A DNA stretch of 47,589 nucleotides from Candidatus Micrarchaeota archaeon (GTDB lineage Archaea > Micrarchaeota > Micrarchaeia > Norongarragalinales > UBA8480), in the NCBI GenBank assembly GCA_964388435.1, contig CAYMAH010000003.1, positions 1-47,589 on the forward strand, given 5' to 3'. Positions within the stretch are counted from its first letter, which is position 1. Every line of letters starts with the position of its first letter. Of this stretch, positions 26,778 through 34,459 are shown one piece after another. The translations under genes were made by a program, and so were the position numbers. The notes under the pieces were generated by a model, which saw only the letters and a list, made by a program, of their open reading frames with translations, had not been told where the DNA came from and searched no databases.

Positions 26778-27117
26778 GTTTTTAAATAAGAAGAATTCAT
26801 TGTTTTAAGTTTTTGATTTAAAATGCAAAAAAAGTTAATTAAAATAAAAATAAAGGTTTAGCGATATTTTATAATTTGGAGCGCAACAGGCAAAAGCCAA
26901 TTCAAGCAACGAAGGCATTTAGAATATCGTAGAGAATAGCTTGAAGATCAGTGTTTAATTCCTGCTTTAAATGACGGGACGAACACTCGCTTGTTGAGTT
27001 GGCAGCAGCAGTTTAAGAGTTCAAAAATAAAAAAATTAGAAATTGTGAAAGGTTTAAAAACAAGAAATCGTTGAAATTGACTGAAGTTAACTTCCAAAAA
27101 ACTGTTATATAAAGGGT

Positions 27118-27855
27118 TTAAAGAATAGAATACTTACTAAGGTATATTTGAACTTTGAAAACCTCCAAGAAAGGAACTATGAGCATCGCATTTACTATAA
27201 CTGATAAATAATTGCCTAGCATTGCATCGGAAAGAGCTGAAAACAAGTTCAAAAACAAGGCTGAATTCAACATCATTAAAAGCGCGGCTATTATTAAAAA
27301 ACCGATGAAATACCAGAATTTTCTTGCAACTGTTGAAACGCTCATAATAAAAATGTGCCTGACATCCAAACCGTCAATTACAATAGCCTGGGGGGCGAAT
27401 ATTATTATTATTGAAACTAAAAGCGAAATTATAAGTCCAAGCGACTGGTTCAATCCGTAGTCATAAAGGAAGATGTTAAAACCTAGAATTATTAAAAATG
27501 CTATTAGAAAAACTATGAAAAGATTTAGAGTGTTCTGCCAAACCTTTTCAATGTCATAATGAGATGGCTTTACCATGCTTCTTTGAGATTTTATAAGCAT
27601 GTTTATCGCTACCAAAGCGAAAGAAATAACCACCAAGGAAATAATAAAAGCTATTCCAGTGGTGAGCAGGTCAAAGGAAGTAAAATCATGCCCTATACTT
27701 CCAAACCTTAAAAAAACGCCTCCAAGAGAAATGAAATTAGGAAGAGCAAGCGAAAGAGGCAGAGTTATTATAAGCGGTATGGCGAATATTGAAATCAACT
27801 TAACGTTGTTAAGATAAGCATTCACGCTGTGTTCCAAAACATCCTTGAAAGCCAT
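27118..27855 (-). CDS. Polytopic membrane protein, unknown function
   Basis: 245 aa with about 6 hydrophobic helices and no recognised motif. Confidence 0.55.
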   Translation of the reverse strand: MAFKDVLEHSVNAYLNNVKLISIFAIPLIITLPLSLALPNFISLGGVFLRFGSIGHDFTSFDLLTTGIAFIISLVVISFALVAINMLIKSQRSMVKPSHYDIEKVWQNTLNLFIVFLIAFLIILGFNIFLYDYGLNQSLGLIISLLVSIIIIFAPQAIVIDGLDVRHIFIMSVSTVARKFWYFIGFLIIAALLMMLNSALFLNLFSALSDAMLGNYLSVIVNAMLIVPFLEVFKVQIYLSKYSIL

Positions 27856-27920
27856 AAATTATATCACTTAAAGAAATGAAAAACAAGTTTAAAATGCTTT
27901 TCTTTCAATATTTACAAAAA

Positions 27921-27941
27921 TTAACCCCCGCAAAGGGTTAA
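27921..27941 (-). terminator. Stem-loop (7 bp stem, 7 nt loop) followed by a T-run on the minus strand, downstream of the DsbA-like gene
   Basis: TTAACCC-CCGCAAA-GGGTTAA. On the transcribed strand it is followed by TTTTTGTAAA. Confidence 0.4.
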
Positions 27942-27968
27942 ACTTTAAAAATTATCATACAATGATTT

Positions 27969-29003
27969 TCAACATTGATTCAACTGACAAAATATGTTTT
28001 TAATTTGATCTGCTGACAAAACTCCTACATGAACATACTTATTGTTAAAAACAAATGTTGGCGTGGCTATCACTCTATACTGTTGATTTAATAGGTATTC
28101 ATTTTGAACCAGTGTTTCATTTATAATACAAGCTTGCGGGGTGCTGTTGGTTTGATTAAAACAGGTTTCGCTGCACAAAGCGATTTGAGTTTCATTGTAT
28201 GCTCCGACTCCCTCAATGCAGTTTTTTGAAGACAAAGCAGCCCTGAAAAACATCGCGCCTATTGTAAGGTTGGAGGTGTTGAAATCCTGGAGCAGGTTTT
28301 GATTCAGACAATTCAAATAATATTTAAAATCAGATGAGTTTTGCTGTTGAATGCATAACTGTCTGGCATCTTCTTCCATTTCATTTGGTCCGTTAAGCGA
28401 GAAGTATTGACTGCTATTTAAACTTTTATTCAACCCTATTATATAGTGAATGCTAAAATTTACTGAATTTGAAGCGTTTCCCAAGAAGTTATATGTTTGA
28501 TTCTCAGCCATCCACGCGTGGTAGTCATAAGAGGTTACAAAAAGTTGAAGATTTAAAGGCTGAGCTTGAGAGTTTATTAAAGCACCTTGATTGGTTTCAA
28601 AACTGTCCAAAAGATAATCTCCATTTGATTTTTGAGCTAAAACTTTAAGTAGCGATGGAAACGCCGGAGAATTCAAAATTGAAGAATTGAAAACATAGAA
28701 AGGCAGGAATGAAGCGTTAACCTGGCTTTGAAGTTGCTGACCCAAAATCGAGTTAAAATCAACATATGAAATAATAAGGTTAGGTATTAAGGTGCTGAGA
28801 TTCTTGTCAAGAAAAGACTGGTTAAGATAGGAATTTGAAAAATTAGAAACAACTGTCAAAAACACTTGAGGATAAGGAGCTGTCAGAGTGTTGTTTGGCT
28901 GAACTGACTTGCTTGGAGATGGGTTGAAAAATGAAAAGTAGGCTATAACTCCTAAAACTATGATTATTATCAGAGCCGCAATTCCAATATGTTTTGTTTT
29001 CAA
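27969..29003 (-). CDS. Membrane-anchored DsbA-like thioredoxin-fold protein apparently lacking the CxxC active site
   Basis: Start revised to TTG 29003 (MKTKHIGIAALIIIIVLGVIAYF), because the ORF-track N-terminus (to 29111) overlies tRNA-Gly. C-terminal RVIATPTFVFNNKYVHVG matches the DsbA cis-Pro/beta region. SYDYHAWMA sits where F-D-Y-x-C-P-x-C would be. Confidence 0.55.
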   Translation of the reverse strand: MKTKHIGIAALIIIIVLGVIAYFSFFNPSPSKSVQPNNTLTAPYPQVFLTVVSNFSNSYLNQSFLDKNLSTLIPNLIISYVDFNSILGQQLQSQVNASFLPFYVFNSSILNSPAFPSLLKVLAQKSNGDYLLDSFETNQGALINSQAQPLNLQLFVTSYDYHAWMAENQTYNFLGNASNSVNFSIHYIIGLNKSLNSSQYFSLNGPNEMEEDARQLCIQQQNSSDFKYYLNCLNQNLLQDFNTSNLTIGAMFFRAALSSKNCIEGVGAYNETQIALCSETCFNQTNSTPQACIINETLVQNEYLLNQQYRVIATPTFVFNNKYVHVGVLSADQIKNIFCQLNQC

Positions 29004-29032
29004 ATTTTCAACACCTTTTTTGTAATAAAAAA

Positions 29033-29158
29033 TGCGGCCGTCGGGATTTTCAAAAAATTTTTTTGAACCCGAGTTGCGAGATTGGCAACCTCGCGTCCTA
29101 ATTACCTTCAATTAAGAACCAGGCTGTCCGGAATTTTATTCCTCTAGACTACGACCGC
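29033..29158 (-). tRNA. tRNA-Gly (GCC) with three putative introns. D-loop 15/16: 20 nt, plus coords 29124-29143. D-loop ~20/21: 17 nt, plus coords ~29101-29117. T-loop 59/60: 15 nt, plus coords 29047-29061
   Basis: Reverse complement: GCGGTCG TA GTCT AG[AGGAATAAAATTCCGGACAG]CCTGGT[TCTTAATTGAAGGTAAT]TA GGAC G CGAGG TTGCCAA TCTCG CAAC TCGGG TTCAAA[AAAATTTTTTGAAAA]T CCCGA CGGCCGC A. Acceptor, anticodon and T stems pair perfectly or with G-U. The partition of the D-arm insertion is a model. Confidence 0.7.
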
Positions 29159-30759
29159 GTCATTTTTTTGACTATTAATAAAACTATTAAAAATAAAAAG
29201 GTTACAGTCAAACCCAAGAGCAGAGGATTTAAACTAAATGAGCCAGTTTCAAGAGGAGTTGAAGTTAGGTTTTGACTCTGCCCTGGTGGTTGAATGTTTA
29301 TGAGAAAAGTTTGAGTATAATTCTTGTCATTCCACGTAGTGGTCAGCGAGCCGCTCTCGTTTGATTTTGGAAGGACAAAAAGATAGCTCTGTTGCAGCTG
29401 CTCGCCTGGATTTAGACTTAAATCCTGCCTGAAATTTTCACCGCCAAGCACGGCGTTTTGTGTTAAATTCAACAATTCACTTCCTGTGTTTGAAATTGTT
29501 GAAATAATATTTAATCCCGTATTGTTTTGATATATTATCAACGGAGATAGTTGAAACCCTTGAGTAGTGTTTATTTTTGCTTGATTATTACCTGTGAAAA
29601 AGTTCTGTTGATAACCTCCTAGATAATCGACTTTAACGGTATAATTGTAAAGGTAATTGTTTTTCATTTGAGGGGTTAGAATGTTCCACACTGCTGTTTG
29701 ATTTTCAAATGGTTGCAGATAAATAAGCTGGTCAGCCGGGGAAAGAAGGCTGACTCCTTCAGGTACGCTTAGAAAAACAGGAGTTGCTATAACTCTGTTT
29801 ACATCGCTTTTAACAAAGGCTTTTATTGTCTCAAAAGAATTACTTCCCACAGCCTGACTTGGAGTTTCAAGATCAACGGACACCACGCTGAAATTAGAAA
29901 ATTGAACAAGAGTGGCGTTAAGGGAAGAGTTAAGGGTTACTGAGTTCAAGTCAAAGTTTCCGGTTCCAGTCAAAATATTGTTCACAACGCTTTGATCAAC
30001 TCCTTCAGCCATCTCAATATGAGTTGCGTCGAGAATGAAAGCCTCGTCAAAGGTGGGATCTACTGGATACCACTGACCGTTGATGTAAACTTCGGCCCAT
30101 GCATGCAAAGCCCATGAATTTCCATTGTAAACCATCCCCGCCACAAATTTTGCCGGGATTCCCACGCTTCTTGCCAGGGCTATGAAAAGATGCGAAAACT
30201 CCGAGCACTTACCTATTCTGTTCTGCAACACCCAGCTTGAAGTCATTATAACTGTGCTTAAACCAGCTCCCTGATATTGTACATTGTTGTGGACCCAAGA
30301 AGTCAATAAAGCAACTTGTTGGAAAGGGTCGGTTACATTTCCTATTATTTGTAAGGCGGTTTGAGTTGTTTCAGGGTTTAGTATGACATAGGTGCTGGAT
30401 TTAAGATATTTTGGATCGTTACTTCCAAATCCAATCCAATTCAAATAGTTGACCGTAGCTTGTTGGATGTTCAAGTTTATTTGCTGGTTTTGCTTGGTTG
30501 GGTCAAGCTGAAAGGAAAGCTGGATGTTTCCGTTTGAATCAACCGCTGAAGTGTAAGGTTGGGTTGCGGCTAGAACTACGTTCTGAGCAGAGGTGTTGTA
30601 AAACCCAAGTATTTTCAAGAAAAGCGAGGCTGGCTGCTGGCCATTTAAACTTACTGCATAAGTTAAATTGGCGCTTATAGTAGAAGAGCCTATCGAAAAA
30701 GGGTTAACTGCATTAAGAAGAGCAGTTGAAAATATTAACAAAATGACTGTTTTTAGCAT
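29149..30759 (-). CDS. Secreted, C-terminally anchored transglutaminase-like (papain-fold Cys-His-Asp) protein
   Basis: Signal MLKTVILLIFSTALLNA. Core GKCSEFSHLFIALARSVGIPAKFV...HAWAEVYINGQWYPVDPT (Cys, His, Asp). C-terminal TM LLLGLTVTFLFLIVLLIV. The stop codon overlaps the first 10 nt of tRNA-Gly. Confidence 0.8.
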   Translation of the reverse strand: MLKTVILLIFSTALLNAVNPFSIGSSTISANLTYAVSLNGQQPASLFLKILGFYNTSAQNVVLAATQPYTSAVDSNGNIQLSFQLDPTKQNQQINLNIQQATVNYLNWIGFGSNDPKYLKSSTYVILNPETTQTALQIIGNVTDPFQQVALLTSWVHNNVQYQGAGLSTVIMTSSWVLQNRIGKCSEFSHLFIALARSVGIPAKFVAGMVYNGNSWALHAWAEVYINGQWYPVDPTFDEAFILDATHIEMAEGVDQSVVNNILTGTGNFDLNSVTLNSSLNATLVQFSNFSVVSVDLETPSQAVGSNSFETIKAFVKSDVNRVIATPVFLSVPEGVSLLSPADQLIYLQPFENQTAVWNILTPQMKNNYLYNYTVKVDYLGGYQQNFFTGNNQAKINTTQGFQLSPLIIYQNNTGLNIISTISNTGSELLNLTQNAVLGGENFRQDLSLNPGEQLQQSYLFVLPKSNESGSLTTTWNDKNYTQTFLINIQPPGQSQNLTSTPLETGSFSLNPLLLGLTVTFLFLIVLLIVKKMTRS

Positions 30760-30802
30760 TCTTGTTAATATTACGGTTTAGGATTTTAAATTTATCTAAT
30801 TT

Positions 30803-31618
30803 TTATTTGATTACTTTTTTAAGAGTGTTTACAAAGTGGGGGGATTTAAGCCACAGACCCACTTCCTCGTCAGGGTGAGTGTCCTCTCCAGTAAGGAAAA
30901 ACAACGCCTGATTGTCAACCAAAACGAATCTTGAAGGAATGTCTTTGGTGATATGAGAATCTACTTCAAACTTTGAAGGTTTTGAAAGCCCTACTGTTTT
31001 AACAATCACTCCTCTTTCTCTTGCCTTTTTGAGTATTCCATAGTGCTCTGAGAATTTTCTTTCAAGCCCCGAGGGAGTGGAGGTTATTGTAATAGAATCT
31101 TTTGCGTTGCCGAACATTGAGGCAAGCTTGCTGTAAATTGCATTTCTGCCTCTTATTGTCCAAACCCCGTCTTCTATGCTGAATTTTTCATTTGAAGGGT
31201 TGTTTTTGAGCATTCCGCTAATCGATTCAGCGTTTTTCTCGATTCTTTCAAGCTCTGATTGAAGCTGACTTGTTTTCTGCTTTTTAAGAGTGATTAATGC
31301 CTCGTTTAAGGGTATAGCGGAGTATTTAACCGGTCTTCCGCTTTCCATCATCACGAATCCCTTGTATTGAAGGGAGGATAAAACGTCGTAGACTCTTGGT
31401 CTTGGAAGCTCTGCTTTTTCGCTTAATTCACCGGCACTGCAATCTCCAGTTGTGTTAAGCGCGTGGTATGCTTTTGCTTCATATTCGTTTAACCCTAGAG
31501 TTTTCAATTGACTTATTACTTCCTGATTCTGAGGCATGAGATTATTAATATTGGTCATGGTTTTAAAACCTTTCATTTTATCTGAACCTTTTTTTTCTTT
31601 GATATAGTTTAAACACAA
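30803..31618 (-). CDS. trmB: TrmB family transcriptional regulator
   Basis: LKTLGLNEYEAKAYHALNTTGDCSAGELSEKAELPRPRVYDVLSSLQYKGFV winged helix plus TrmB C-terminal domain. The true start is probably an internal Met (MKGFK or MTNIN). Confidence 0.8.
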   Translation of the reverse strand: MCLNYIKEKKGSDKMKGFKTMTNINNLMPQNQEVISQLKTLGLNEYEAKAYHALNTTGDCSAGELSEKAELPRPRVYDVLSSLQYKGFVMMESGRPVKYSAIPLNEALITLKKQKTSQLQSELERIEKNAESISGMLKNNPSNEKFSIEDGVWTIRGRNAIYSKLASMFGNAKDSITITSTPSGLERKFSEHYGILKKARERGVIVKTVGLSKPSKFEVDSHITKDIPSRFVLVDNQALFFLTGEDTHPDEEVGLWLKSPHFVNTLKKVIK

Positions 31619-31647
31619 ACTAGTATTTAAATGTATTTACAGGTGAA

Positions 31648-31697
31648 TAGTAACAAAACACAACATTTAAATACTTGTTACTACATATTAGTAACAA
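31648..31697. promoter_or_regulatory. Candidate operator in the divergent trmB / surface-protein promoter region: 9-bp inverted repeat plus a third direct copy
   Basis: TAGTAACAA (31648-31656), TTGTTACTA (31675-31683, perfect inverted copy, 18-bp spacer containing the TATA-like ATTTAAAT), TAGTAACAA (31689-31697). Confidence 0.45.
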
Positions 31698-31734
31698 CAA
31701 AATAAGAAATTGTGGGTTTGAAAAGGTGATTTTT

Positions 31735-33219
31735 ATGAAAAATTATATTTTGGCTTTAATCACGCTGATTTCAATTTCAGTTTTTGCAAGCGCTTTAAGC
31801 GTTCAAAGCAGTCCAAATTCAGCGCAGATTTTCGCAGGGCAGACTACGAGCTACATCAAAATTTGGTTTACAAACACTGAAAATCAAAACGTCAACTATT
31901 ATGTCAACGCTCAAAGCCAGTTGGAGGCAAGAGTAAGTCCTTCTTCAGGATCTCTCCAGCCCGGTGAAACGGGATTGGCTGAAATTTCAATGCAAGCCCC
32001 TTCGTGTTTTGAAGGAGTTTTTCATGTTTTGACCACGGTCCAGTTTTCTGACGGCGAGTCTCAAACAATAGACACTCCAATAAACGTTATAAATCAAATT
32101 CAATGCGCCAACTACATTCAAAATCAAGATTATTCTCAAACCGGTTTTCCGTCAAATTCAAATTCCACTCTTCAGCCGATTCAAAGCACCATTAAATTTG
32201 AAAGTTACTTCAACCCAACTTATTATAATATAAAAATGGTAAGTTCAACCACAATCATTTCAAACGGAGTGCAAAGCATCATTCCATTAAAACTGATAAA
32301 TGAAGGAGCTTCATCCAGTTTTCAGCTTGTCATCATAAACGCAGAACCAAATCTCAACGTTAATTTCAATGAAAATAATTTCAACATTCTAACAAATGAA
32401 GTGGAAACAATTTACATGAGCGTTAAGCCTGAAAATCTACAGCCAGGAACATATCCGATAGAAGTCGAAGTGATCCAAGGCCAGCAAGTGGTTTCAGACA
32501 GCATTGTTTATGTTGAAATAAAATCAATCTACAATGCTCAGCTAGCGCTTCCTCAAAGCGTTTCCTGCCAAAGCCAAATACAAGGAAGTATTACAAACAC
32601 TGGCAACGCGGCCGACACTTACATTTTAAGCTCCAACGGAGTTTTGAATGAAACCAGTTTAACGCTTAATCCTGGCGAAACAGGGTTTTTCAGCATTGAA
32701 TCTGAAAATCAAACACAAGTGATGGTTGAAGCCAAAAGCGAAAACATTCAAGGCAACGCGACCACCACAATTAACTGCAACAATCTGGTTGAGCTTCCGG
32801 CAATTCTAGTCACCAACAACAATAATTACACCCTACCTAACGTGACAGTCACAGCCACAGACATTCCAGCCAATTGGGACGTGCTTTCAGAACCTCCCGT
32901 CGACATGCAACCAGGAGAAAGTAGAAATTTTACGGTATACCTAAGGGAGAACACTGCTGCAAGCAATGTTCAGCCAACCGCAGTTGTGAAAAGCAATGGA
33001 AATATTATCAGTCAAAAGCAAATGCCTGTTTTGAACGGCAATTTAACGGGGTATGTCACCGGAGTATTCGACAATAACCTTGTAACTATAGGAGTTATAG
33101 TCTTCATCGCCATTCTTGTAGCAGTATACTCAACAAAAGCCAAGCTTGAGGAGGTTGAAGAGCAAAGCTATCAGCAGAAAATCCAGTCAATAAAAAACCA
33201 GATTTCAAGTCCAAAATAA
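31735..33219 (+). CDS. Repeat-containing (CARDB/COG1470-like Ig-fold) anchored surface protein
   Basis: ATG 31735 preceded by AAGGTGA. Signal MKNYILALITLISISVFASA. Recurrent strand motif QPGETGLAEISM / QPGTYPIEVEV / NPGETGFFSIE / QPGESRNFTVYL. C-terminal TM IGVIVFIAILVAVYS. Confidence 0.7.
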   Translation: MKNYILALITLISISVFASALSVQSSPNSAQIFAGQTTSYIKIWFTNTENQNVNYYVNAQSQLEARVSPSSGSLQPGETGLAEISMQAPSCFEGVFHVLTTVQFSDGESQTIDTPINVINQIQCANYIQNQDYSQTGFPSNSNSTLQPIQSTIKFESYFNPTYYNIKMVSSTTIISNGVQSIIPLKLINEGASSSFQLVIINAEPNLNVNFNENNFNILTNEVETIYMSVKPENLQPGTYPIEVEVIQGQQVVSDSIVYVEIKSIYNAQLALPQSVSCQSQIQGSITNTGNAADTYILSSNGVLNETSLTLNPGETGFFSIESENQTQVMVEAKSENIQGNATTTINCNNLVELPAILVTNNNNYTLPNVTVTATDIPANWDVLSEPPVDMQPGESRNFTVYLRENTAASNVQPTAVVKSNGNIISQKQMPVLNGNLTGYVTGVFDNNLVTIGVIVFIAILVAVYSTKAKLEEVEEQSYQQKIQSIKNQISSPK

Positions 33220-33227
33220 AAAAGGAA

Positions 33228-33245
33228 AGGGTTTAAAAAAACCCT
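33228..33245 (+). terminator. Stem-loop 9 nt after the surface-protein stop codon
   Basis: AGGGTTT-AAAA-AAACCCT, a perfect 7-bp stem. No clear T-run follows. Confidence 0.3.
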
Positions 33246-33293
33246 CCCTTCTCAAAAATAATTAAAATTATTTTGGTTTAAAATCTGATTAAA

Positions 33294-33908
33294 ATGAATT
33301 CTAATACAATAGCAGTTGACTTTGACGGAGTTATCTGCAACAGTTTGGAGACAATAGCTAATAGCCTTGAAAAGAAATACAGAGTTAACCTTCACCCCAT
33401 TAAAACGCCATACATTTCTGAAATGATAAAATCTTCAAAAAGTGAAAGACTTAAACTAGATTTTGCTGATGACTTATTGAATGAAAAAATATGCGGGCTT
33501 TTCAACGATGCGTATGAAAGTGGTGAAACAAAAATAACTGAAAATGAAATACCCGAAATCCTGAAAAAATTTAGAAAAAGATTCAAGGTGGATATTGTAA
33601 CTTCAACCCCTTATTTTAAAGGAGCGTGTAAATGGCTTGAAAAAGAAAAAATAATCAAAGGGGTAAATTACGACGGAATAATTCATGTTGACCATAATTC
33701 AAGAAAAAAAGAAAAAACTGATGCTTTTTTGATAATAGAGGATTACCTTAAAAACGCTTTGGATTTTACTGAAAACGGAAATTTTGCGATTATTCTTAAA
33801 AAACCATGGAACGAGAATGAATTAAAAAAGATTACGGAGGAAAATGAAAGAATAATCGCAGTTGAATCCTGGTTTGAAATAGATAAAATAATTGCGGAAA
33901 TAGAATAG
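33294..33908 (+). CDS. HAD-superfamily hydrolase, 5'(3')-deoxyribonucleotidase-like
   Basis: Motif I IAVDFDGVICNS (DxDGV); size and layout resemble the NT5C family. Confidence 0.5.
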   Translation: MNSNTIAVDFDGVICNSLETIANSLEKKYRVNLHPIKTPYISEMIKSSKSERLKLDFADDLLNEKICGLFNDAYESGETKITENEIPEILKKFRKRFKVDIVTSTPYFKGACKWLEKEKIIKGVNYDGIIHVDHNSRKKEKTDAFLIIEDYLKNALDFTENGNFAIILKKPWNENELKKITEENERIIAVESWFEIDKIIAEIE

Positions 33909-33948
33909 CGAAAAAGTTAAAAACACGTAAATCAAATTTTAAAACACA

Positions 33949-34131
33949 ATGAATCAGAAAGCACAGGGAAGTTTGGAGTACATTCTTTTAGTTTCATCAG
34001 TGCTTTTTTTCATTGTTATTGTTATAGTAATAATTAAATCAACAGTTTTGGCTCCGGCAGCAAACAGCACCAATGCAAGCTCTGGAAATTATATTAATAT
34101 TTTAAACAACTTCACAAACACAAGCAGTTGA
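33949..34131 (+). CDS. Mini-pilin / class III signal peptide protein (60 aa)
   Basis: MNQKA|QGSLEYILLVSSVLFFIVIVIVII followed by a short sequon-rich tail (NSTNAS, NFTNTS). Confidence 0.6.
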   Translation: MNQKAQGSLEYILLVSSVLFFIVIVIVIIKSTVLAPAANSTNASSGNYINILNNFTNTSS

Positions 34132-34140
34132 ATTTAAAAA

Positions 34141-34428
34141 ATGGTTTGGAACAGAAGAAGCATAATCAAGGAAAAGAAAGGCAACGGTTTTGCAAACGTT
34201 CTAGCCGACGGAAGAAGCGAAATCCATTACAACAGCAAAATTTCTGAACCTAAGATTGAAAGCTCGGCTGAAAAAAACAATCTTAAAGCAGTCAAGAGAA
34301 AAAACGCCATTATTTTCACTAAAAATGGAGAAGAAGTTGCAAAGCTCATAGACTATAATCTTTTAATTATAAGAAAAGAAGCCGATAAAAGGATAGGGTT
34401 AAGCCTAGCTGAAGATTTAGAGAGTTAA
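34141..34428 (+). CDS. Hypothetical soluble protein (95 aa), 9 nt downstream of the mini-pilin
   Basis: ORF only; no motif recognised. Confidence 0.4.
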   Translation: MVWNRRSIIKEKKGNGFANVLADGRSEIHYNSKISEPKIESSAEKNNLKAVKRKNAIIFTKNGEEVAKLIDYNLLIIRKEADKRIGLSLAEDLES

Positions 34429-34459
34429 AAACACACTTATCAAGTTAAATTTTAAAATT

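Noticed and set aside
29004-29111. N-terminal 36 residues of ORF-track protein 27969-29111 (MKVIRTRGCQSRNSGSKKFFENPDGRIFYYKKGVEN)
   Set aside because: This stretch overlies the 3' two-thirds of the tRNA-Gly gene, and the GC-rich codons come from tRNA stems. A TTG at 29003 gives a normal MKTKH + TM N-terminus.
31675-31734. TTG-initiated extension of the CARDB-like surface protein ORF
   Set aside because: It lies within the operator-like repeats. The ATG at 31735 has an AAGGTGA RBS and starts a signal peptide.
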